From Myxococcota bacterium (GTDB lineage Bacteria; Myxococcota_A; Polyangia; Nannocystales; Nannocystaceae): a stretch of 64,000 nt of DNA. The DNA lies in the NCBI GenBank assembly GCA_039194325.1, contig JBCCWC010000008.1, forward strand, positions 64,001-128,000. The letters run 5' to 3'. The first letter of the stretch is position 1. Each line of letters begins with the position of its first letter. Of this stretch, positions 28,756-37,300 are shown piece by piece. Made by a program: the position numbers and the translations under genes. Below the pieces are notes generated by a model that worked only from the letters and a program-made list of their open reading frames with translations, did not search any database and was not told where the DNA came from.

Positions 28756-30501
28756 TCACTCCCCCTCCTCGATGACGGCCGAGTCCTCGGCCGTGCGGCG
28801 GTAACGGAACGCGTCGCTGACCACGATCTCCTTGACGAGCGAGCTTAGTGCGTAATCGGTCTCGGCGAAACGGTCGAGCATCAGCTCGGTCGCGCAGACG
28901 TCTTCGTCGCTGTCGAGGCGGCCCAGCGAGTAGCGGAACCATTGACGGGCAACGCAGGACTGGACGTCGGTGGAGGTGGCCAGGCGCTCGGACAGCTCGA
29001 TGGCCCCGTCGAACTCGCCTTCGATGCCCTCGGCGAACACGATGTTCCCCGAGGCGTCGACCGGCAGGCCCTGGTCCTCGGTGCGGAACCCGCCGATCCC
29101 GTCGTAGTGCTCGAAGCCAAAGCCGAGCCCGTCGATCAGCTGGTGGCAGCTGTTGCACTCGGGGTTCTCGGTGTGCTCGGAGAAGCGCTCGCGGGTGGTC
29201 GACCCGGGCGTGGGGTCGGGCGGCACGTCGTCCACGTCGGGCGGGGGCGGCGGCAGCGGCTGGCACAGGAAGTTCTCGCGGATGAGCTGGCCGCGGTGCA
29301 CGGGCGAGCTCTGGTCGGCGTGGCCGTACCAGGCCATCACAGCGGGCTGGGTGAGCAAGCCGGCGCGCTGCTCCTTGGGCAGCGCAAGCGGAGTGCCCGG
29401 CGGCTGGTCGGCGGAGCGCTCGACCCCGTAGAGCGCGAGCAAGGCGGGGTCGTCGCTGAGGGTGAAGGCACCGGTCAGCAGGGTGGGCAGGCGGCCGTCT
29501 CCGTCGGAGAACACCCAGCGCACGAAGCTGGCGGTGTCCTCCTTCATGGCGCGGGCCAGATCGCTGTCGAAGTCGGGGTAGGCCTCGCCGCTCTTCTCCA
29601 GGGTCTCGAGCTCGTCGAGGCCGAGCCACTGCAGGTGGAAGTCGGCGATCGCCTCCTGAGCCCGGGGGTCGGCGAGCATGCGGTCGACCTGAGCCTCGAT
29701 CCCGGCGGCGGTGTCCAGCTCGCCCGCGGTGGCGGCGGCGAACAGGGCGTCGTCGGGCATGGTGTTCCACAGGAAGTACGAGAGCCGCGAGGCCAGCTCG
29801 TGGCCGGTGAGGCGGCGCGGGCCGGCCGCTGCCGACACGCCGTTCTCCACGTGATAGAGGAACCAGGGCGACTGCAGCATGGTCTGCAGCATCACCTGGA
29901 CGCCCATCGTAAAGCCGTCGGCCGAGGCGGCGCTGGCGTACACGTCCATCAGGCGAGCGACGTCGGCGTCGCTCACGGGGTGCCGGTAGGCGCGGGGCAT
30001 GAAGTCTCGCAGCCACTGCTCGGCGCAGGCAGCGTCGCCTACCGCGGCGGGATCGCAGGGCAGGTTCTGGTCGAGCGAGGCGGCGTACTCCTCGGCGAGC
30101 AGCTCGGCGGCGTCCATGTACTGCTCGACCTGAAGGTCGACGACGGGCGCGACGGCGTTGCTGCGGAAGGGTCCCACCCGCTCGTCGGGCGCGAAGCTGT
30201 CGGTCACGTCGGTGTCGATTCCGAGCAGCGCGCCGACCGTGTTGCGATACTGGCTCTGGGTGAGCCGCCGCAGCGCGGTGGCGCCGATCTGCCGGGGAGC
30301 GTCGAGGCATTGAGCCGCGACCCCGTCGTCTCCACCGTCTTCACCCGCGTCCCCCGCGTCTCCCGCATCCCCCGCATCGGCCCCCCCGACTCCGGGCCCC
30401 CCCTGGCCGTCGAAGTCCTGGAAGCCCGAGTAGCAGCCCGTTAGGGGCAGCCCCAGCGCGGTCGCGAGCGTAATCCGCTCGATGATCCCTGGCATGTGCA
30501 T
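28756..30501 (-). CDS. DUF1592/DUF1588/DUF1595/DUF1585 lipoprotein with a haem-binding motif
   Basis: RRLTQSQYRNTV, ELASRLSYFLWNTMPD, RAGLLTQ, SSPVHRG, CNSCH, GFGFEHYDGIG. Confidence 0.92.
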   Translation of the reverse strand: MHMPGIIERITLATALGLPLTGCYSGFQDFDGQGGPGVGGADAGDAGDAGDAGEDGGDDGVAAQCLDAPRQIGATALRRLTQSQYRNTVGALLGIDTDVTDSFAPDERVGPFRSNAVAPVVDLQVEQYMDAAELLAEEYAASLDQNLPCDPAAVGDAACAEQWLRDFMPRAYRHPVSDADVARLMDVYASAASADGFTMGVQVMLQTMLQSPWFLYHVENGVSAAAGPRRLTGHELASRLSYFLWNTMPDDALFAAATAGELDTAAGIEAQVDRMLADPRAQEAIADFHLQWLGLDELETLEKSGEAYPDFDSDLARAMKEDTASFVRWVFSDGDGRLPTLLTGAFTLSDDPALLALYGVERSADQPPGTPLALPKEQRAGLLTQPAVMAWYGHADQSSPVHRGQLIRENFLCQPLPPPPPDVDDVPPDPTPGSTTRERFSEHTENPECNSCHQLIDGLGFGFEHYDGIGGFRTEDQGLPVDASGNIVFAEGIEGEFDGAIELSERLATSTDVQSCVARQWFRYSLGRLDSDEDVCATELMLDRFAETDYALSSLVKEIVVSDAFRYRRTAEDSAVIEEGE

Positions 30502-30690
30502 CGTCCTCCGCGAAGGGAGTCCGGCGAGGAACGAAGTTGTCCCCCGACGATGGCCCAGTTTTTGCGGTGAACGCCTACAGGGTCGGCGAGCTCACCGAAG
30601 CAACCGAAGCCGCAAAACCGAGACGATCGAACGGTGGTCTCGATCACGGTTCCGATCGACTCCCCGGATCCTCATTTGATCGTCGTTCAT

Positions 30691-31308
30691 TCAGCTGGAG
30701 ATCAGCTGCTGCTCGGTCGCGAGCTTGCGTAGCCGCTCCTTGGCCCGTTCGAATCGCTTGCGTAGAGCGGCCGCCTTGCGCTTGAGCTCGTCGGCGGTGG
30801 GCTCCTCGTGCTCGGACATGATCCGCGCGATTTCGTTCCAGGCCAGCTTGCGATCGACCCGCAGGATCAACAGGGTGCGATCGTCGGGCTCGAGCTGCTC
30901 GCGCAGCGCGGTGAACTTGTTCTTGGTCTCGGTGCGCAGGTGGACCATGGTGGTGGTGCGCACCTGCTGCGCCATCTGGAAGACCTCGGGCGACTGCGAC
31001 AGCGCCAGGTTGCGCTCGCGCCGGCGGTGCGGGTCGCGGGAGAGACGGTAAAGCGCGTGCCGAGCGAGGGTGTAGGCCCACGTTCGAAAGCTCGAGTGCC
31101 ACCGGAAACCGGGCAGCCCCTTCCACAGATCTTCACAGAAGATCGAGAACACCTCGGCCGCGTCGGTCTCGGTGCGACACATGGCCGACAGATAGCCCAG
31201 CACCTCCGGGCCATAGCCCTCGAGGGCTGCGGTCGCGGCCGGACCCCAGTGCTCCGCGTCGCAGTGCCCTCGGATCCGTGCCTCGAGGGCGGCGCGCTGC
31301 TCCTCCAT
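30691..31308 (-). CDS. ECF sigma factor
   Basis: DAAEVF..LW..F..SSFRTWAYTLARH (region 2), DRTLLILR..LAWNEIA (region 4). Confidence 0.88.
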   Translation of the reverse strand: MEEQRAALEARIRGHCDAEHWGPAATAALEGYGPEVLGYLSAMCRTETDAAEVFSIFCEDLWKGLPGFRWHSSFRTWAYTLARHALYRLSRDPHRRRERNLALSQSPEVFQMAQQVRTTTMVHLRTETKNKFTALREQLEPDDRTLLILRVDRKLAWNEIARIMSEHEEPTADELKRKAAALRKRFERAKERLRKLATEQQLISS

Positions 31309-31453
31309 CCGTGCCCATGTTGCCCCATGGGTGGAAGGTGGTCTACCGCGCCGGGGCGCGTTGTCGGGCGAAAACCCACGTCAAATCATAGCATTGAGAG
31401 ATTGACTGGCTTCGCTTCGACAAAGGGCGGTAACACGGGGCGGGCCGCGCATC

Positions 31454-31672
31454 ATGCCGAGTACCGCTGAAGTCGTGAAAGTCAAGGATGCGTTCGCGTG
31501 GATCGAGACACGCGGGCTGACGATCGCCATCAAGGCGAGCACGCGTGAAGGCAAGCCGATTGAGCTGACGGCCGAGGAGACCCGGCTGCTCGCATCACGC
31601 CTGACCAAGCTCGCGGATGTGCTCGACAGCTTGGTCGAGCAAAAGCGCGAGCGCGGCGGCGAAGACACCTGA
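31454..31672 (+). CDS. small hypothetical protein (72 aa)
   Basis: Plausible composition (PIELTAEETRLLASRL). Divergent from the ECF gene. Confidence 0.6.
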   Translation: MPSTAEVVKVKDAFAWIETRGLTIAIKASTREGKPIELTAEETRLLASRLTKLADVLDSLVEQKRERGGEDT

Positions 31673-31866
31673 GCGCCCGGGCGCAGACTCCGCTGCGTCG
31701 GGAACCCGGTCCCGCGGTCCCCCGGTCCCGCGGTGGCTCCCCAAGCATGCCGCAACGACCTTCAAGACCCACCACGGGCTGCCCAGAGGTACGCCGCGAT
31801 GGTCCGCTTCGCGTACCCGCATCACCCGGGTGACACCGATGGAGCGCAGAGCTAAAGTCCGGCGCC

Positions 31867-33318
31867 GTGAAGACGTCGAGCCTCGCCCTGGTCGCCTCCC
31901 TGGTCCTGCCTAGCTGCACCACCACGACCACCGATCCGGCCAAGGTCGAGCAGACCAAGGCCGGGGAGACCAAGGCCGGAGACGCCAAGGCCGGGGACGC
32001 CAAGGCCAAAACAGGCGAAAAGCCAGAGAAGACGCGGCGCCCTCGGGGCAAGCAGATCCCCGCGCCCGCGGACGTGGCCAACCCGCCCGCCGACGCCAAC
32101 AAGACCGAGTCGGGCATCGTGCACAAGACGCTCACTCCCGGTGAGGGCGAGTCTCCCGGCGACGACGACAGCGTCAAGATCCAGCTGACCGCGTGGACCT
32201 CCGACGGCGCCACCATCGAGACCACCGACGGCCGCAAGACGCCCAAGCTGGTGCGCATGGGTCGACCCCCGGTCCCGGGCCTGGGCGAGGCGATCAAGCT
32301 GATGAAGGTCGGGGAGAAGGCCCGCTTTTGGATCCCCCCAGAGCTGACCTACAAGGGTCGCAAGGGCGCTCCGGAGGGCACGCTGTGCTACGAGATCACC
32401 CTCGAGGAGGTCTTGCGGGCCCCGCCGACGCCCGAGGACGTGGCCGCTCCGCCGGCCGACGCGATCAAGACCAAGTCTGGCCTGGCCTACAAGGTCTTGG
32501 AGCCGAGCAAGTGCGAGGCGGAGCTTGCGGCGGCGGCCGAGGCCAAGCCCGATCCCGAGGACGTGGCCGAGGCCAAGGCGGCCGAGGCGGCCAAGCCCGA
32601 GGCGGCCAAGCCGACCAAGGTCTGCGGAGTCAAGCCGGACCCGTGGGATCGGGTCAGGGTGGATTACACGGGCTGGACGACGGACGGCAAGATGTTCGAC
32701 TCGTCGGTCACCCGCGGGCGTCCCTCCACCTTCCCGGTCAACCGCGTGGTACCCGGCTGGACCGAGGGCCTGCAACTGATGGTGGTGGGCGACAAGACTC
32801 GCCTGTGGGTCCCCGAAGAGCTGGCGTACAAGGGCGCGCCGGGCAAGCCCGCCGGTATGCTCGTCTTCGACGTCGAGCTCCACGAGATCGACGAGCAGCC
32901 CGAACCGCCCCCGCCCCCCGAGGTGCCCGAGGACGTGGCCGAGCCTCCGGCCGATGCGACCAAGACCGAGTCCGGCCTGGCGTACAAGGTGATCCAACCC
33001 GGCACCGGCAAGGTCAAGCCCACTGAAGACTCGGTGGTCGAGGTGCACTACTCGGGCTGGACGACCGACGGCAAGATGTTCGACTCGTCGGTGACCCGGG
33101 GCAAGACGACCTCGTTCCCGCTCAAGCGGGTGATCCCGGGCTGGACCGAGGGCCTGCAATTGATGGTCGAAGGCGAGAAGACCCGCTTTTGGATCCCGGT
33201 CGACCTGGCCTACAAGAACCAGCCGGGCAAGCCCGCCGGCATGCTCGTCTTCGACGTCGAGCTCATCAAGATCGATCCGCCCAAGAAGGGGCCGGGGTCG
33301 GTCCACGGCCACCCCTAG
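31867..33318 (+). CDS. lipoprotein with three FKBP-type PPIase domains
   Basis: Lipobox LPSC. Domains 2 and 3 have YxGWTTDGKMFDSS..VxPGWTEGL..F/LW.P.LAY. Domain 1 is degenerate. Confidence 0.95.
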   Translation: MKTSSLALVASLVLPSCTTTTTDPAKVEQTKAGETKAGDAKAGDAKAKTGEKPEKTRRPRGKQIPAPADVANPPADANKTESGIVHKTLTPGEGESPGDDDSVKIQLTAWTSDGATIETTDGRKTPKLVRMGRPPVPGLGEAIKLMKVGEKARFWIPPELTYKGRKGAPEGTLCYEITLEEVLRAPPTPEDVAAPPADAIKTKSGLAYKVLEPSKCEAELAAAAEAKPDPEDVAEAKAAEAAKPEAAKPTKVCGVKPDPWDRVRVDYTGWTTDGKMFDSSVTRGRPSTFPVNRVVPGWTEGLQLMVVGDKTRLWVPEELAYKGAPGKPAGMLVFDVELHEIDEQPEPPPPPEVPEDVAEPPADATKTESGLAYKVIQPGTGKVKPTEDSVVEVHYSGWTTDGKMFDSSVTRGKTTSFPLKRVIPGWTEGLQLMVEGEKTRFWIPVDLAYKNQPGKPAGMLVFDVELIKIDPPKKGPGSVHGHP

Positions 33319-33339
33319 TCGCCCCAAACCGGATCGCCA

Positions 33340-33771
33340 GTGCAGGGCGACATCACGTGGCGCGGTGAGTCGGGCCCTCCAGGGGCCAAGGGCACCGCGG
33401 GCTCGCGAGCCACGGCACGCGACTCGACCCGCTTTGGCGGTCGCGGCCGAGCCCTTTGCTGTGCCGCCTGCGGGACGGTGATCACCTGGGAGGGGGCGCG
33501 GATCGAGGTTGGGGGCGCGCACCGCCACACCTTCGTCAACCCGCACGGGCTGGTGTTCGAGATCGGCTGCTTCCGCCACGCCCCGGGGTGCGCGGGCGAG
33601 GGCCCGGCCGAGGCGTTCTTCTCGTGGTTTCCCGGATACGCGTGGCGGGTGGCGGTGTGCCGAGCGTGCCAGGCTCACCTGGGCTGGAGCTATGGCGAGC
33701 GTCCCGACTTCCATGGTCTGGTGCTCGACCGTCTGCGCGAGGCTCGAACCGATCCGGCGGATCCCAACTGA
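33340..33771 (+). CDS. cereblon-like (CULT / Yippee-fold) protein
   Basis: CAAC and CRAC Zn ligands, FVNPHG, FSWFPGYAW, HLGW, FHGL. Confidence 0.92.
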   Translation: MQGDITWRGESGPPGAKGTAGSRATARDSTRFGGRGRALCCAACGTVITWEGARIEVGGAHRHTFVNPHGLVFEIGCFRHAPGCAGEGPAEAFFSWFPGYAWRVAVCRACQAHLGWSYGERPDFHGLVLDRLREARTDPADPN

Positions 33772-33845
33772 CCCGACCGGCCCCGGTCGGGATCCTCACG
33801 GCCTGGGCGCCCGCGCCCCGTTGGGTGCCCACCAGGGCGCAGAGT

Positions 33846-35027
33846 ATGGTCAGCAACCCGTTGACCGCTGCGCGCATGGGGGGCCCCACCACGCCCAACG
33901 AGACTCGTCCTATCGAGCGGATCCTCGGCGTCCACGAGGGTCGACCCGGCCGCACGATCATCGCCCTGGGGGGCGTGCACGGCGATGAGCCGGCGAGCAT
34001 CCGGGCGGTGCTGGCGGTGCTCGCCGAGCTACGACGCGGCCAGCCGGACATGACGGGGACGCTGGTGGGGGTCACGGGCAATGTGCAGGCGCTCGCGGCC
34101 AACCGGCGCTTCATCGATCGCGATCTCAACCGCGGGTGGACGGCGCAGAGCTGTCGCCGGGCCCTGGCCGGGCCCCCCGACGACAACGCCGAGGACACGG
34201 AGCAGCGCGAGCTGCTCGAGGTGTTCGGCACCCTGGAGATCGAGTCTCCCTACCCGCTGGTCTTCCTCGATCTGCACAGCACCTCGGGACCCGCCGCTCC
34301 CTTCTCGATCATCCCCGACGTCGCGCGCAACCGCGAGCTGGCGCTGCCCCTGCCGATCCCCACCGTGCTGGGGCTGGAGGAGATCATCGACAACCCGATC
34401 CTCGGCTACCTGACCGATCGCGGCCACATGGGCACGGCGGTCGAGGGAGGACAGCATAACGACCCGCAGACGCAGGCCCGCCTCGAGGCGGTGATCTGGC
34501 TGAGCCTGCTCACCATGGGCTGCTTGCGGCCCCAGCAGCTCCCCGAGCGCGCCCGCTACCACGCGCTGCTGCGGCGGGCCGCGGCGGGGCTGCCGGCCGC
34601 GGTTCGGATCCTCCACCGCCATGGCCTGGGCCACAACGAACACTTCGAGATGGAGCCGGGCTTCGACAACTTCCACCGGGTTCGCCGCGGGCAGCGGCTG
34701 GCCCGCGACGAGCACGGGGCGATCGAAGCGGCCACCGACGGCTTGGTGATGCTGCCGCGCTACCACAGCCAGGGCAACGACGGGTTCTTCTTGGCCAAGA
34801 CCGTATCCCGCCGCTGGCTGGCGCTGTCGGCCGTCGCCCGCAAGAGCAGCATGGAGCACCTGCTGCCATTGTGGCCCGGGCTGCACCGCGACGCGGGCAA
34901 CCCCAACCGCTTGCAGTACGACGGAGGGGACCCCCCCGCGCCGATGCTGCGGATGCTGCGGCTGCTCGGCTTTCACGGGATCCGGTACCAGCCGCCGGGG
35001 CTGGAGTTCTTCCGCCGGCGCCCGTAA
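33846..35027 (+). CDS. succinylglutamate desuccinylase / aspartoacylase-family (M14-like) hydrolase
   Basis: GGVHGDE, DRDLNR, LDLHST, VEGGQH. Start at 33846 or 33876. Confidence 0.9.
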   Translation: MVSNPLTAARMGGPTTPNETRPIERILGVHEGRPGRTIIALGGVHGDEPASIRAVLAVLAELRRGQPDMTGTLVGVTGNVQALAANRRFIDRDLNRGWTAQSCRRALAGPPDDNAEDTEQRELLEVFGTLEIESPYPLVFLDLHSTSGPAAPFSIIPDVARNRELALPLPIPTVLGLEEIIDNPILGYLTDRGHMGTAVEGGQHNDPQTQARLEAVIWLSLLTMGCLRPQQLPERARYHALLRRAAAGLPAAVRILHRHGLGHNEHFEMEPGFDNFHRVRRGQRLARDEHGAIEAATDGLVMLPRYHSQGNDGFFLAKTVSRRWLALSAVARKSSMEHLLPLWPGLHRDAGNPNRLQYDGGDPPAPMLRMLRLLGFHGIRYQPPGLEFFRRRP

Positions 35028-35042
35028 CACCGGCCCAGGCGG

Positions 35043-36635
35043 CTACTCGACCATCACCGCGCCGATCGAGTCGATCTGCTCGTTGTCCCCCAGATCGGTG
35101 GTCCACTGGTCGCCATAGCCGAGCTGGCCGCGGTTGTTGGCGCCCCAGCACTTGACGTCGCTGCCCTCGGTGGTGGCGCAGGTGAACTGCGACCCGGAGG
35201 AGACCGTGCGGGGACCCAGAGGGAGGTTGAGATCGACCTGCATGGCGGGGGGCTCGACCAGATCATCGGTGGAGTTGTAGCCCAGCCGGCCGTTGTCGCC
35301 CTCACCCCAGCAGAAGATCGGCGTGCCGGTCATGCGCACGCAGGTATGGCTGGCCCCGGTGGCGAGGTGGGAGGGCGCGCCCCCAGCCAGGGTCAGCGGC
35401 ATCACCAAGACCACGTCTTCGTTGTCACCCACGTCGTCGGTGTTGCCGTAGCCCAGGCGCCCCGAGCCGCCCCCGCCCCAGCACTGCACGTCCCCTCCCA
35501 CGTAGGCCACGCAGTTGTGATCGTAGCGGGCGGCGATCAGCACCGCCTGCTCCGCCAGTAACACCTCGGTCGAGGCGGAGGGAGGCTCGTCGTCTCCGAT
35601 GCTCTCGTTGCTCTCGGCCGTCCCGAGCTGCCCGTCGCTGTCTCGCCCCCAGCACAGCACCCCGCCCGTGCCCAAGAGGGCACAGGTGTGATCGCGGCCC
35701 GCCGCGATCATCTCCACGTTGTTGCCGACGTCGACCACCGGCATCTCGGCGGGCAGCTCGTCGTCGCCGACCTGGTCGACGCCCGGCAGGCCCAGCTGCC
35801 CCTCGTTGTTGCGGCCCCAGCAGCGCACCTCGCCCGTGCCGAGCACGGCACAGGCATGCTCGGCTCCGGCCGCGATCTGGACCGGCGTGCCCCCCAGATC
35901 GATCGCGGGGATGTCGGCCGGTTCCTCCTGGCTGCCCAGATCGGCCTGAGAGCCCTGGCCCAGGCGACCATTTTGCCCGTTGCCCCAGCACACCACGTCG
36001 TCGGTCACCAGCAGCGCGCAGGTGAAATCACCGCCCAGGGCCAGCTGCTGCACCGGCGCTCCCACGTTGACGAAGTCCATGTCGGCGGGGGTCTCGTTGT
36101 CGCCGACGTCCTCTGCCTGCTCGAAGTAGCCCAGGCGCCCCGAGTTGAAATTGCCCCAGCACTTGATCTGCCCCGTGTGGAACAGGGCGCAGGCGTGCTC
36201 GTCGCCCACGACCACGTCGACGGCACCGGCCGAGATCGTGCAATCGTTGTCGCAGCCGTCGAAGTCGTCGCCGTTGGCGTCGTCACACTCCTCGTCGCCG
36301 TCGATGTCACCGTTGCCACACAGGTTGACCACGCACATGTCCTCGATGCAGGCGAGCCCCTCGTCGCACATGTCCTCTTCGCCGCACACGCAGCCCTCTT
36401 CGCCCGGGGTGCAATCGGGACCGGTGCTGCTTCCGTCGACCACGGCCGTGCTGCTTCCGGAGGTCATGCTGCCCGAGGCCACGGGCCCGGTGCTGGTGTC
36501 TGCGTTCGTCGGATCGGGGCTGGTGGTGCTGGAGCTGCTGCCGGTACCTTCGGTCTCGGTATCCGTGCCCGGCGTGTCATCCGGACATGCCACCAACGTC
36601 AAACAAGCCAACAAGGGAGTCTTCAAATTCCGCAT
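35043..36635 (-). CDS. RCC1-repeat lipoprotein with Cys-rich (CGNG..EECDD) repeat
   Basis: Seven HxCA..G.V.CWG.N..GQLG-type repeats. Lipobox LVAC. Confidence 0.92.
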   Translation of the reverse strand: MRNLKTPLLACLTLVACPDDTPGTDTETEGTGSSSSTTSPDPTNADTSTGPVASGSMTSGSSTAVVDGSSTGPDCTPGEEGCVCGEEDMCDEGLACIEDMCVVNLCGNGDIDGDEECDDANGDDFDGCDNDCTISAGAVDVVVGDEHACALFHTGQIKCWGNFNSGRLGYFEQAEDVGDNETPADMDFVNVGAPVQQLALGGDFTCALLVTDDVVCWGNGQNGRLGQGSQADLGSQEEPADIPAIDLGGTPVQIAAGAEHACAVLGTGEVRCWGRNNEGQLGLPGVDQVGDDELPAEMPVVDVGNNVEMIAAGRDHTCALLGTGGVLCWGRDSDGQLGTAESNESIGDDEPPSASTEVLLAEQAVLIAARYDHNCVAYVGGDVQCWGGGGSGRLGYGNTDDVGDNEDVVLVMPLTLAGGAPSHLATGASHTCVRMTGTPIFCWGEGDNGRLGYNSTDDLVEPPAMQVDLNLPLGPRTVSSGSQFTCATTEGSDVKCWGANNRGQLGYGDQWTTDLGDNEQIDSIGAVMVE

Positions 36636-36859
36636 GAACCGGATGGTAACAAAGGGCAGGAACGGTCAGGCCATACGGTAGGGTCGTACGGCAAGGTCGT
36701 GATGGCACCTCCTGGGTGCTCCTGTGCCCTACCCTCTCGATCCGACTCCCGGAACCCGTCCTTGGGTCCATCCTCGGGTCCATTGAAGGATCCCCTTTGG
36801 GCCAAAAGTCGCCTGGACAGCGGGACAGTAGCTGCTAGCTTTCGCGCCCAGGGCCCGCC

Positions 36860-37294
36860 ATGGCCGAGCACCTCGACATCGACGGGCGGGTGACCATCCC
36901 CGCGCACGAGCTTACGTGGACGGCCGCGCGGGCCAGCGGCCCCGGGGGGCAAAACGTCAACAAGGTCGCCACCAAGGTCGATCTTCGGTTCGAGCTGCGC
37001 ACCACCGAGGCGCTCGCTCCGACGGTCAAGGCTCGACTCCGAGCCCTGCCCGGGGTGCGGATCGACGCCGAGGGCCGGCTGGTGGTGACCTGCCAGGCCA
37101 GCCGCTCGCAGGCCGACAATCTCGCGGATGCCCGGGCCAAGCTGTCGGCGCTGGTCCGGCAGGCGCTCGAGCCTCCCAAGCGCCGCCGCCCCACCCGGCC
37201 CACCGCGGGCGCCAAGCGACGGCGGCTAGAGGCCAAGCGCCAGCATGCGCAGAAGAAGGGCGGGCGCGCTCGCGTCCGCCAGTCGGACGACTAG
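36860..37294 (+). CDS. arfB: alternative ribosome rescue peptidyl-tRNA hydrolase ArfB (YaeJ)
   Basis: ASGPGGQNVNKV, RSQADN, basic tail PKRRRPTRPT..RRLEAK. Confidence 0.95.
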   Translation: MAEHLDIDGRVTIPAHELTWTAARASGPGGQNVNKVATKVDLRFELRTTEALAPTVKARLRALPGVRIDAEGRLVVTCQASRSQADNLADARAKLSALVRQALEPPKRRRPTRPTAGAKRRRLEAKRQHAQKKGGRARVRQSDD

Positions 37295-37300
37295 CGGTCG

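Noticed and set aside
27404..30310. 968-aa ORF suggesting a long N-terminal extension of DUF1552
   Set aside because: The Arg-rich part is an alternative frame of the DUF1592 gene. The Tat signal marks the start at 28750.
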